NCBI GenBank assembly: GCA_963771885.1
Contig: CAVYVF010000023.1
Coordinates: 160,001 to 224,000 of the forward strand
DNA length: 64,000 bases
Direction of reading: 5' to 3'
Source: Candidatus Bathyarchaeota archaeon
GTDB taxonomy: Archaea > Thermoproteota > Bathyarchaeia > TCS64
The stretch's first letter is position 1, and every line of letters starts with the position of its first letter. The position numbers and the translations under genes were made by a program. The notes below the pieces were generated by a model. That model was not told the origin of the DNA. It was given only the letters and a program-made list of their open reading frames with translations, and did no database searches. Below, one piece after another: positions 48,939 through 57,600 of this stretch.

Positions 48939-51265
48939 ATCTTGCCCGCCTCCTTGAGCGCCTTGTGCATGCGATCCGGAGTTATCGGGATCGTGCTGAA
49001 CCTGATGCCCGTTGCGTGGTGGACGGCGTTGACTATGGCGGGGACGATACTGATGATGCTGGGCTCGCCTACGCCCTTGGCGCCGAATGCGGCGTGCTTG
49101 TACGCCTCCTCGACGACTATCGTGTCCCCGATCTCTGGCGTATCCATCGCCGAGGGTATGACGTAGTCCTTCAATCCAGTCGTCGTTACGATGCCATCCT
49201 TCAACTGGAGGTTCTCCATTATGGCGAAGCCTACACCGTGGCTGATGGCTCCGTGGATCTGCCCGTCGACGATGAGTGGATCGATAGCCTTTCCCACATC
49301 CATGGCGGGCCAGATCTTCGTCACCTCAACGACGCCCGTCTCAGTGTCGACCTCGACTTCGGCTACTGAGGCGGCGAAGGTGTAGACGGCGTAGTTGTGG
49401 CCGAGCCCCGTCTCCGGGTCGAAGAAGCGGCGTGGGGAGATGTAGAAGCCGTAGCTAGCCGGGTTCTCTCCGCGTATGTGCATCTGCTCTGCGACCTCGG
49501 CGAAGGGTATCTTTTGCACCGGCTTCTTCTTATTGTAGGCGTGACTGTCGCGCAGCTCGACCTGATCCTCGGGGCAGCCGAGCATGTCGGCGGAGACCCT
49601 GATCATGCGCTCCCTGAGCTTTATCGCCGCGTCCGCTGCAGCACTACCACCCATCATTAGTCCCCTGCTACCGTGGGTCGGCTTGGAGTCTGGGGTCGTG
49701 TCCGTGTCCGCCTCCTCGATTTTTATATCATCGAGTCTGGCGCCGATAATCTCCGCCGCGATCTTCGCGTGGCCGAACGGCGAGCCCTGCCCTATCTCGC
49801 AGATGCATGTGCGGTAGGTTAGGCTGCCGTCCATGTGTATCATGAGGGATGCGGCGCTCCAGTCGGGTGTACTCCGACTCGTGCTGTTGCCGTGGTAAGC
49901 ACAGCCGACGCCCCAGCCCTTCACCTTCGTGCCAGTCCTCACGGGCTCCCTGTGCTTCCACCAGTCGGAGGCTGCGGCGGCGCCGGCGAGGCACTTGTCT
50001 ATACCGCAACTGCTGTCCAGCTCCTGATCACAGGTTGTGTGCCCACCGACCCTGAGGACGTTCTTCATCCTGAAGTCGACGGGGTCCATACCAAGCTCGA
50101 ATGCGAGCTTGTCTACCTGTTGCTCGGCGGCGAAGTGGAGGGCGAGGTTCCCGAAGCCGCGGTAGCTGCCCCCGTAGACCTTGTTCGTGTAGACGGCGCG
50201 CCCGTCTACGGCGACGTTCGGCACCTCGTAAGGCCCACAGGCATGGGCGGTCTGGCGCCATAGCCAGAATGGGGCTCGGTTGGCGTACGCCCCCACCTCG
50301 AGGGTTATCTCCACCTCGACAGCGGTCATGTTGCCCTTCCTGTCGGCGCCTGACTTGTAGTGGAAACGGGCTGGGAACCTCTTCGGCGTCACCGCCATGA
50401 CCTCGCTGCGGTCCATGATGTACGCGGCAGGCTTCCCGGTCTTGACGGCAGCTAGCGCGGTGTACGCCCCGATGAGGGGCCCGGTGTCGTCTTTCTTTCC
50501 GAAGGCACCTCCGCTCAGCGGGTGTATTACCCTAACCTGGTTGAGCTTCCAGCCGAGCATGCGCGCCACCTTCTCCCTGACGAGGTGGGGGCTCTGCATG
50601 CAGGCGATGATCGTGACCTTGCCGACACCATCGGGCACAGCGTAGGCTACTTCGGGCTCCATGCACATGTGCTCCTGATAGGGGGACCAGTAGGTGTCCT
50701 CTACGACGACCTTGGCGTCTCTCCAGCCCTTGGCGATGTCCCCTTTCCTGATCTTTGTCTTGAGTGCAATATTGGATTCCTTGTGAACTATCGACGCGCC
50801 GTCCGCGAGGGCGGCGTCTATGTCGAGCACCGCTGGCAGCGGCTCGTAGTCGACGACGATAGCGTCGAGCGCATCCTGAGCCGCGACCTCGTCGACGGCG
50901 CAGACGAGCGCGATGGGGTCGCCGACATAGTGGACTTTTACGTCGTTCAGGAAGGGCTGCTCCGGCATCGCGTAGCCAATCTCGTTCTCCCCCGGCACGT
51001 CCTTCGCCGTGAGTATGGAGACCACGCCCGGCACACTACGCGCCGCGGAGGCATCCACCCGCCTGAGGAGGGCGTGAGGCTTCGTGCTACGCAGCACCTT
51101 GACAACCATCGTGTCCCTAGGGATGTAGTCTGCCGTGAAGCGGGCCTTGCCGAGCAGCTTGTCGAGGGCATCCGACCGCACAGTCTTCTTCCCCACGACT
51201 AGGTACTCGTCCCTGTTGAGCAGGTCGCTCAGAATCCTATCGTACTCCATTGGCGCCAACCGCAT
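48935..51265 (-). CDS. Xanthine oxidase family Mo-binding large subunit (operon 2)
   Basis: PHA, GGAFGKK, GSYRGFG, EIGQG, THGSR, GQIHG, AKGVGEP; start 51265 or 51250. Confidence 0.92.
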   Translation of the reverse strand: MRLAPMEYDRILSDLLNRDEYLVVGKKTVRSDALDKLLGKARFTADYIPRDTMVVKVLRSTKPHALLRRVDASAARSVPGVVSILTAKDVPGENEIGYAMPEQPFLNDVKVHYVGDPIALVCAVDEVAAQDALDAIVVDYEPLPAVLDIDAALADGASIVHKESNIALKTKIRKGDIAKGWRDAKVVVEDTYWSPYQEHMCMEPEVAYAVPDGVGKVTIIACMQSPHLVREKVARMLGWKLNQVRVIHPLSGGAFGKKDDTGPLIGAYTALAAVKTGKPAAYIMDRSEVMAVTPKRFPARFHYKSGADRKGNMTAVEVEITLEVGAYANRAPFWLWRQTAHACGPYEVPNVAVDGRAVYTNKVYGGSYRGFGNLALHFAAEQQVDKLAFELGMDPVDFRMKNVLRVGGHTTCDQELDSSCGIDKCLAGAAAASDWWKHREPVRTGTKVKGWGVGCAYHGNSTSRSTPDWSAASLMIHMDGSLTYRTCICEIGQGSPFGHAKIAAEIIGARLDDIKIEEADTDTTPDSKPTHGSRGLMMGGSAAADAAIKLRERMIRVSADMLGCPEDQVELRDSHAYNKKKPVQKIPFAEVAEQMHIRGENPASYGFYISPRRFFDPETGLGHNYAVYTFAASVAEVEVDTETGVVEVTKIWPAMDVGKAIDPLIVDGQIHGAISHGVGFAIMENLQLKDGIVTTTGLKDYVIPSAMDTPEIGDTIVVEEAYKHAAFGAKGVGEPSIISIVPAIVNAVHHATGIRFSTIPITPDRMHKALKEAGKI

Positions 51266-51293
51266 AGAGTAGACGCCATGGGGTATTTAGAAT

Positions 51294-51860
51294 CTACAGC
51301 CGGGAGCAGCCGAGTATGATCCTGAGGAGTGCGTCTGAGTCACCGGCCTCGAGGGCGAAGGTGCGCGTCGCCTTGCCCTTCACGAGCTCGGTGACCTCGG
51401 CGACCTTGTCCCCCCTGCAGAGGTAGACGGCTACGCCGCCTTGTCTGAGGGAGTCCGCCACTGCGACGGCGCCGGGGTACACCCCTTTACGCTCGGACTC
51501 GAGGCGGCCGTACTCGTCGACGAAGACGACTGCCCCCTCCCTCATCCCCTCGGCGGCTCGTTGGAGTGCGAGGTTTGCGCGGCTGAACCCCTCACGACTG
51601 AATGCGAAGCGTGGGTTGCCGAGGGACTCCCAGTCACCGTTGGAGCCCATGCAAATCGGCTTGACGAGGGGCACCCTCAAGCCAGTGTCAAGCTCAAGAA
51701 TCTCATATCTGGGGTCACCCCCATCTGCGTCGGGGATGCGCATACTGAGAACGCCCATTACCTTTATTCCGTCTGCCCTCGCCCTCCCCGCGGCAACCTC
51801 AGCAGTCCGAGTCTTCCCCCCGCCTATGGGGGCGTGGAGTATTACGGCGCAGCGCATCAT
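51294..51860 (-). CDS. P-loop NTPase (THEP1/DUF2478-like)
   Basis: GGGKT Walker A, V.GVLS, VFVDEYGRLE. Confidence 0.7.
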   Translation of the reverse strand: MMRCAVILHAPIGGGKTRTAEVAAGRARADGIKVMGVLSMRIPDADGGDPRYEILELDTGLRVPLVKPICMGSNGDWESLGNPRFAFSREGFSRANLALQRAAEGMREGAVVFVDEYGRLESERKGVYPGAVAVADSLRQGGVAVYLCRGDKVAEVTELVKGKATRTFALEAGDSDALLRIILGCSRL

Positions 51861-51916
51861 CGGGAAGACGGGCGCAGAGGATAAGAACCCAGCGACCGAC
51901 TAGATGCCGAGGACAG

Positions 51917-53350
51917 TTGGACGGTTACGTGAGGAGCAAGATAGTCTGCACCATAGGCCCAGCGAGCAGGAGGCCCGACATACTCAAGGAGATGGCGGCG
52001 TCGGGCATGGACGTTGCGAGGGTCAACCTGAGCCACGGTAGCCTCGACGACCACAGGAACACGATACGCGCCATAAGGAGCCTCGGAACAGTATCCGTCC
52101 TTGTTGACCTCCCCGGCCCTAAGATACGCCTAGGCGAGCTCAAGGAGCCCATCCAGCTCAAGCCCGGCGACAATGTCCACTTCACCACAGAGAACGTCAT
52201 CAGCGAGGGGCTCACCCTCCCAGTCAACTACGCGAAGCTCCCCGCCGAGGTGCGCCCGGGAGGCCATATCTTCATCAACGACGGCCTCATCGAGCTGGAC
52301 GTCATCAAGGTAGACGGTGACTTCAATGGCTTCGACGCCAAGGTTGTGAGCGGAGGCGAGGTGAGGAGTCGCAAGGGCGTCAACGCCCCCGGCGCAAGCC
52401 TGAGCATCCACCCGCCCACCGAACAGGATATAAAAGGCATAGAGTTCGGCGTACAGGCAGGGGCAGACTGGTTCGCCGCCTCGTTCATCAGGAACAGGAA
52501 AGACGTCCAAGCCGTCAAGGAGGCAATAAGCACCGCTGACGGTGATCAGCCGATCATTAGCAAGATTGAGCATGGGGAAGCGATAACCAACATAGATGAG
52601 ATCATCGACGAGAGCGACGGCATCATGGTAGCGCGCGGCGACCTCGGCATCGAGGTTCCACCCTGGGACATCCCCCTCCTCCAGAAGAAGATAATCACAA
52701 AGTGCTACGAAGCGGGTAAGCCCGTCATCGTCGCGACTCAGATGTTGGAGTCGATGGTCGAGAACCCGCGCCCCACCCGCGCCGAGGCGAGTGACGTCGC
52801 CAACGCCATCCTCGACGGCGCAGACGCGATAATGCTGAGCGAGGAGACGGCGATGGGTGCCCACCCAGTAGAGGCGGTACGCGTCATGGAGAGCATAAGC
52901 CGCGTAGTCGAGGCGGGGGCGGCCCTCAGGAACGTGCAGAAGCCCCAGCAAGGACACCCCATCGCGGACATCATCGGGAGCCTCGCCGCCATGGCGACCG
53001 AGGCGGTTAAGCCCTCTGCCATCATCGTCCCCACGCGAAGCGGCTTCACTAGCCGCATGGTCTCAAAGTACAGGCCATCCACAAGGATACTCGCCGTCTC
53101 GAAGGAGCAGAAAATAGCACGCAGGATACGCCTATACTGGGGCGTCGAGCCCATCGACATCCAGTGGAGCGATAACAGGGACGAGCTGATCGTCCGAGCG
53201 GTCAACAGAGCCCTGAGGGAGGGCTACGTCAGGGACTCCGACTCCGTTATGATCGTGTCCGGCTCATCCTTAGAGGCGCCGGGGGGCACGAGTACCCTTG
53301 AGATACTCAGGGTCCGCAACATACTGCGGCACGCAGGGGGGAAGGGCTAA
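51917..53350 (+). CDS. pyk: Pyruvate kinase
   Basis: KIVCTIGPAS, DLPGPKIR, SKIE, MVARGDLG, ATQMLESM, PTRAE.SDVANA. Confidence 0.96.
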   Translation: MDGYVRSKIVCTIGPASRRPDILKEMAASGMDVARVNLSHGSLDDHRNTIRAIRSLGTVSVLVDLPGPKIRLGELKEPIQLKPGDNVHFTTENVISEGLTLPVNYAKLPAEVRPGGHIFINDGLIELDVIKVDGDFNGFDAKVVSGGEVRSRKGVNAPGASLSIHPPTEQDIKGIEFGVQAGADWFAASFIRNRKDVQAVKEAISTADGDQPIISKIEHGEAITNIDEIIDESDGIMVARGDLGIEVPPWDIPLLQKKIITKCYEAGKPVIVATQMLESMVENPRPTRAEASDVANAILDGADAIMLSEETAMGAHPVEAVRVMESISRVVEAGAALRNVQKPQQGHPIADIIGSLAAMATEAVKPSAIIVPTRSGFTSRMVSKYRPSTRILAVSKEQKIARRIRLYWGVEPIDIQWSDNRDELIVRAVNRALREGYVRDSDSVMIVSGSSLEAPGGTSTLEILRVRNILRHAGGKG

Positions 53351-53844
53351 TGCTTGTCGGACTCATCTCGGACACCCATGACAACGTCAATATGATTAAG
53401 GCTGCGATAAAGCGGTTGAACGAGTTGGATGTGGGACTTGTCCTCCACGCTGGCGACTATATCAGCCCATTCACGGCGAAGCCCTACGCAGAGCTGAAGG
53501 CGAAGATGATTGGCGTCTACGGAAATAACTGCGCCGAGAGGGAGAAGCTCAAGGAGGTCTACGCTGCTGTGGGCAAAGAGCTGGTCGGGAACTTCGCCGA
53601 GGTCGAGGCTGGGGGCAGGAGGATAGCCCTCCTCCACGGTCACGACGACGCCCTACTCCGCTCACTTATCGTGCATGGCATCTACGACGTCGTCGTTCAC
53701 GGACACGACCACAAGACGAAGGTCGCCAAGGTTGACTCGACACTTGTCATCAACCCAGGCGAGGCCGGGGGTTGGCTATACGGCAGAAGCACATTCGCCG
53801 TTCTCGACACCGAGAAACTCACCGTCGAGATAGTCGAACTCTAG
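53350..53844 (+). CDS. MJ0936/YfcE family metallophosphoesterase
   Basis: SDTHDN, HAGD, GNN, HG, HGHDH, INPGE. Confidence 0.9.
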   Translation: MLVGLISDTHDNVNMIKAAIKRLNELDVGLVLHAGDYISPFTAKPYAELKAKMIGVYGNNCAEREKLKEVYAAVGKELVGNFAEVEAGGRRIALLHGHDDALLRSLIVHGIYDVVVHGHDHKTKVAKVDSTLVINPGEAGGWLYGRSTFAVLDTEKLTVEIVEL

Positions 53845-54171
53845 GTGTCCGCCTTGATCAGGAAGGCGTTCGTTATGAGCGTCAACCCGGGGCGGGAGGC
53901 GGAGTATGAGGCGCGCCACAATCCCATCTGGCCTGAGTTGGAGAGGACCCTCAAGGACCACGGCGTCCACACCTACACAATCTTTCTCCACCCCGAGACT
54001 AGGCAGCTCTTCGCCTATGTCGAGTACGAGGACCAGGCACGCTGGGACGCCGTCGCCGGGACGCCCATCTGTAGGCGCTGGTGGAGGCACATGGGGGAGA
54101 TGATGCCCTCGAACCCCGACTGCAGCCCCGTCTCCGAGGAGGTGCACGAGGTTTTCCACATCGAGTCCTAG
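53845..54171 (+). CDS. rhaM: L-rhamnose mutarotase
   Basis: RKAFVM, EYEARH..IWPEL, Y.IFL, LFAY, C.RWW..M, P.S....EVFH. Confidence 0.88.
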   Translation: MSALIRKAFVMSVNPGREAEYEARHNPIWPELERTLKDHGVHTYTIFLHPETRQLFAYVEYEDQARWDAVAGTPICRRWWRHMGEMMPSNPDCSPVSEEVHEVFHIES

Positions 54172-55919
54172 GTGTAGAGGAGCCTGTAGAATTCCTCGAC
54201 AGACTCCCGGATGTACTTCTCGTCGACCTGACCGAGGGGAGACGGCGTCTCGAAGACTCGGGCGGGTATCCTCAACTCTTTGGCGTTGAAGCCCTCCCTC
54301 TCCTTGAAGCGGTTCTTCTCCCTGAGTATCTGCATACCGATGACCTCGAGCTGCTCGGGCGCGACCTTGTGCCCTGCGGTGGCGAGGGTCTTCAGCACGG
54401 TGTCCTTGTCGTAGATGCCCCTTGCGAAGAAGCAGACAACGAGGCTGCTGAGTATCTGGCGCCAAGCCTCCTCCTTCAGAAGCTTCACGGCGGCCGCTTT
54501 GGGGTCGGGGAGCGCTTTTTCCTTGAGTGCGGTCTGGTCGATGCTGTAACCAGCGGCGTCTAGGTGGCTGTGTCGGCTCCCCGTGAGGTGGCCGATGTGG
54601 CTGACGGGGCCTGTGTGGTAGCCGGGCATCTCGTTGCCGCCGAAAGCCATCGCGTACTCCTCGCCGCCATAGCGCTTCGACGCCTGATCCACGCCCTGAG
54701 CGAGAGCCGAGTAGAACTCGTTAGGCTGCTTAACTATGTACTCGACTGCCTTTGCGTAGCTGGGCTCGTCACCCCACCTGAGGCTGAGGCCGAGTGTCTC
54801 GCCCTGCCCGATTAGTCCCTTCTCCATCGCCTCCGTAGCCCATGAGAGGACGACGCCCGTGCTCATCGCGTCGAGCCCCCATATCTCCACCGCGTCTATG
54901 AGGTGGAGCATAGCCTTCTCGTCGAAGACTCCGACCATGGAGCCGAGGGCGTAGATGAGCTCGTAGTCATAGGGGATCATGGTGGTCTTGTAGAAGTAGG
55001 GCTCATTGGCGTATGGCTCGCGGAGGGCGGCGATGTGTATGCAAGCGACGGGGCAGTGGGCGCAGGCGACGCGACGCCCGAGGTAGTTCTCCGCCAGCTT
55101 CTCCCCCGATATCTTCTCCGCCTCCAGCGAAGTCGTCGCCTTAAGGTTCATAGTGGGCAATCCCTTCTGCAGGTTGAGCGGCATGATGTTTGAGGCAGTA
55201 CCGATGTCATGGTACTTCTTCATCACCGGTGAGGAGACGGCGCGCTTGTAGACGTCGTCGTATGCCTCGCGGTACAGTTTCCTGTTGCTGACCTCGAAGC
55301 CGTGGTCGCCTGATACTGTGACAGCCTTGAGCTTCTTGCTTCCGAAGACGGCGCCGAGGCCGAGGCGGCCGAAGTGACGGTAGGTCTCTGTGATGACGGA
55401 TGCGTATCTGACCAGATGCTCGCCGGCGCCGCCTATCCTCATGATGGTGCGGGTACCCGCCCCCGGCTCGAGTTCCCTGATTATCCTCCCCGTGGTGACG
55501 CTGCTCGCGATCCCCCAGATGCCCGAGGCGTCACGGAACTGGACCCCCTTGCCGTTAATTGATAGGTAGACGGGGGACTCGCTCGCGCCTTTGATGACTA
55601 TCGCGCCGTAGCCCGCCGACCTTATTGCGACGGCGCTGCGCCCTCCAGCGTGGCTCTCCCCGAGGTTCCCAGTGAGGGGTGACTTGAACATCGCAACTGT
55701 CTTCGAGGCGAGTGGGTAGAGCCCCACGAGCGGCCCAACGGCGAAGATTATTGGGTTGTCTGGCCCTAGGGGGTCCGCGCTCTTGGGGCAGTACTCGCTC
55801 AACAGGTTGATGGCGACGCCCGCGCCGCCGATGTAGTACTGGAAGAGGTCGGCTCTGTCCTCGACCTCGAAGCGGCGTGCCGTAAGGTCGGCGATGAGTA
55901 CACGCGTCGGCAGCCTCAA
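54168..55919 (-). CDS. Tungsten-dependent aldehyde:ferredoxin oxidoreductase family enzyme
   Basis: DPLGPDN, KSPLTG.LGES.AGG, GRLGLGAVFGSKKLKAV, CAHCPVAC, DYE, GLDAMSTG; TTG start overlapping the upstream TGA. Confidence 0.9.
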   Translation of the reverse strand: MRLPTRVLIADLTARRFEVEDRADLFQYYIGGAGVAINLLSEYCPKSADPLGPDNPIIFAVGPLVGLYPLASKTVAMFKSPLTGNLGESHAGGRSAVAIRSAGYGAIVIKGASESPVYLSINGKGVQFRDASGIWGIASSVTTGRIIRELEPGAGTRTIMRIGGAGEHLVRYASVITETYRHFGRLGLGAVFGSKKLKAVTVSGDHGFEVSNRKLYREAYDDVYKRAVSSPVMKKYHDIGTASNIMPLNLQKGLPTMNLKATTSLEAEKISGEKLAENYLGRRVACAHCPVACIHIAALREPYANEPYFYKTTMIPYDYELIYALGSMVGVFDEKAMLHLIDAVEIWGLDAMSTGVVLSWATEAMEKGLIGQGETLGLSLRWGDEPSYAKAVEYIVKQPNEFYSALAQGVDQASKRYGGEEYAMAFGGNEMPGYHTGPVSHIGHLTGSRHSHLDAAGYSIDQTALKEKALPDPKAAAVKLLKEEAWRQILSSLVVCFFARGIYDKDTVLKTLATAGHKVAPEQLEVIGMQILREKNRFKEREGFNAKELRIPARVFETPSPLGQVDEKYIRESVEEFYRLLYT

Positions 55920-56323
55920 ATCGGCTCTGCCTCCCTCATCGCCAGCACCTCGTGCGGGCAGTAGCCTACGCAGTAGCCGCAGTGAACGCAGATGTCGGGC
56001 TTGTTTGCCTCGTCGTCCCAGAAGACGGCGTGCATGGGGCAAGCCTCCTCGCAGCGGTGGCAGCCGATGCAGGTGCTCGCTTTCAGTACCACGCCTCCGC
56101 CCTTACGTTGGGTTAGGGCGTTTACTGGGCAGACCTTCATGCAAGGCGGGTCAGGGCAAGCCCTGCAGGCGACGACGACGAATCCCCTTTCGAAGCCCCC
56201 CGCAGACTTGACCCTTATCGCCGACTTGGCGAGCCCGCCTTCCCCGAAGCGCCTGTTGCAGGCGAACATGCAGAGCTGGCAGCCCACGCATCTGTCGGCG
56301 TCGACCACGGTGAGCCTCGTCAT
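55916..56323 (-). CDS. Polyferredoxin-type Fe-S subunit of the AOR
   Basis: Four Cys clusters (CVGCQLC..AC, CRAC..PC..VC, CIGCHRC..AC, C.HC..C..YC). Confidence 0.9.
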   Translation of the reverse strand: MTRLTVVDADRCVGCQLCMFACNRRFGEGGLAKSAIRVKSAGGFERGFVVVACRACPDPPCMKVCPVNALTQRKGGGVVLKASTCIGCHRCEEACPMHAVFWDDEANKPDICVHCGYCVGYCPHEVLAMREAEPI

Positions 56324-56383
56324 GACTCATTCTGACGGTGAGGTTACTCATTTATGTTATGCATGTATGGGGGCTACACATAG

Positions 56384-57553
56384 CTACTGTTTCTCGCCGC
56401 AGAAGCGGCGGATGACAAGCTCCTGCACCTTCGCCGCGTCGACAATGGAGTCGAGGTCGACCCACTCGACGGCGGCGTGAGCGCCATCGCCCGACGGGCC
56501 GTAGGCGACGGCGGGTATCCCCTTCTCCCACATGATCTGCGTGTCCATCCACCCCGAGCCCCCGATGAAGCCGGGAGTAAGTCCTATCGCCTCCTTGCTG
56601 CAGGTGGCGATGGTCTGGCAGATGTCCGCGGACTCGGGGACATCCATGGGACCTCGGTAGAAGGTTATCTCGTAGCTCGCTTTGAAGTGGGGGTCTTTGT
56701 CCGCGATGCCCCTTAGGAGTGCCTCCATCTCCTGCTCGACGTCCTTCCTCTCCTCCCCGGGGATGGTGCGCCTCTCTATGGATAGAAGACACTTGTCTGG
56801 GTAGGTGCTGAGCTCGAGGCCGCCCTTTATGAAGCCGGCGTGTACGCTAGCGGGGCCGAGGACGGGGTGCTTCCTCTTCTGCAGCTTTATGCCTACGGTT
56901 TCGAGCCCTGTGAGGACGCCGCCCATCTTGGCGATGGCGTCTACCCCCGTCTGCCACATGCTTCCGTGTGCGGCGAGGCCCTTCGTCTCGACGTCTATCC
57001 ACGCGAAGCCCTTGTGGCACCTCTCGATCTGTAAGGCGCTAGGCTCGCCGATTATAGCGGCGTCGACGCGCGTCTTCTCCATCACCCTCTCCGTGCCGAT
57101 GCTTGCGAACTCCTCGTCGCAGACACCAGCGACGACCACGTCTCCATTAAGCTGTGTGCCCGAGTCAACTACCGCCTTCAGCGCCGCGAGGCTGGCAACG
57201 AAGCCACCCTTCATGTCGAATGTGCCGCGGCCGTACATCCTGCCCTCCTTGATGACGGGTTTGAGGGGGTCGATAGTCATATAGTCGTAGCCGACGGTGT
57301 CGATGTGGCCATTGAGCATCAGGCTCCGACCCCCGCCGGTGCCCTTCAGAGTGCCCACGGCGTTCGCCCTCTTCGCCTCGATCTTATCGATCTTAGTCTT
57401 GAGGCCCAGCGCCTTGAGCCATTGGGCGACGTACTCCGCTATCTCCTCCTCCCCCTTAGCCCCCGGAACGAGCGTCGGGTTAACCGAGTCGATCTTCACA
57501 AGCTCCTTGAGCAGCTCCGTGGCCGCCTTCCCGTCCACGCTGGATTTAAACAT
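56384..57553 (-). CDS. M20 family ArgE/DapE-like deacylase
   Basis: LNGHIDTV, GRG.FDMKGG, DEE, IGEPS, GLAAHGS, GP...AH. Confidence 0.9.
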   Translation of the reverse strand: MFKSSVDGKAATELLKELVKIDSVNPTLVPGAKGEEEIAEYVAQWLKALGLKTKIDKIEAKRANAVGTLKGTGGGRSLMLNGHIDTVGYDYMTIDPLKPVIKEGRMYGRGTFDMKGGFVASLAALKAVVDSGTQLNGDVVVAGVCDEEFASIGTERVMEKTRVDAAIIGEPSALQIERCHKGFAWIDVETKGLAAHGSMWQTGVDAIAKMGGVLTGLETVGIKLQKRKHPVLGPASVHAGFIKGGLELSTYPDKCLLSIERRTIPGEERKDVEQEMEALLRGIADKDPHFKASYEITFYRGPMDVPESADICQTIATCSKEAIGLTPGFIGGSGWMDTQIMWEKGIPAVAYGPSGDGAHAAVEWVDLDSIVDAAKVQELVIRRFCGEKQ

Positions 57554-57600
57554 AGGTTAGAAGACGACACCATCCGGTTAAAAGAGTGGAGGTTGCTCGC

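Noticed and set aside
40518..51265. Aerobic CO dehydrogenase (coxLMS) call
   Set aside because: Neither large subunit has the form I AYxCSFR loop
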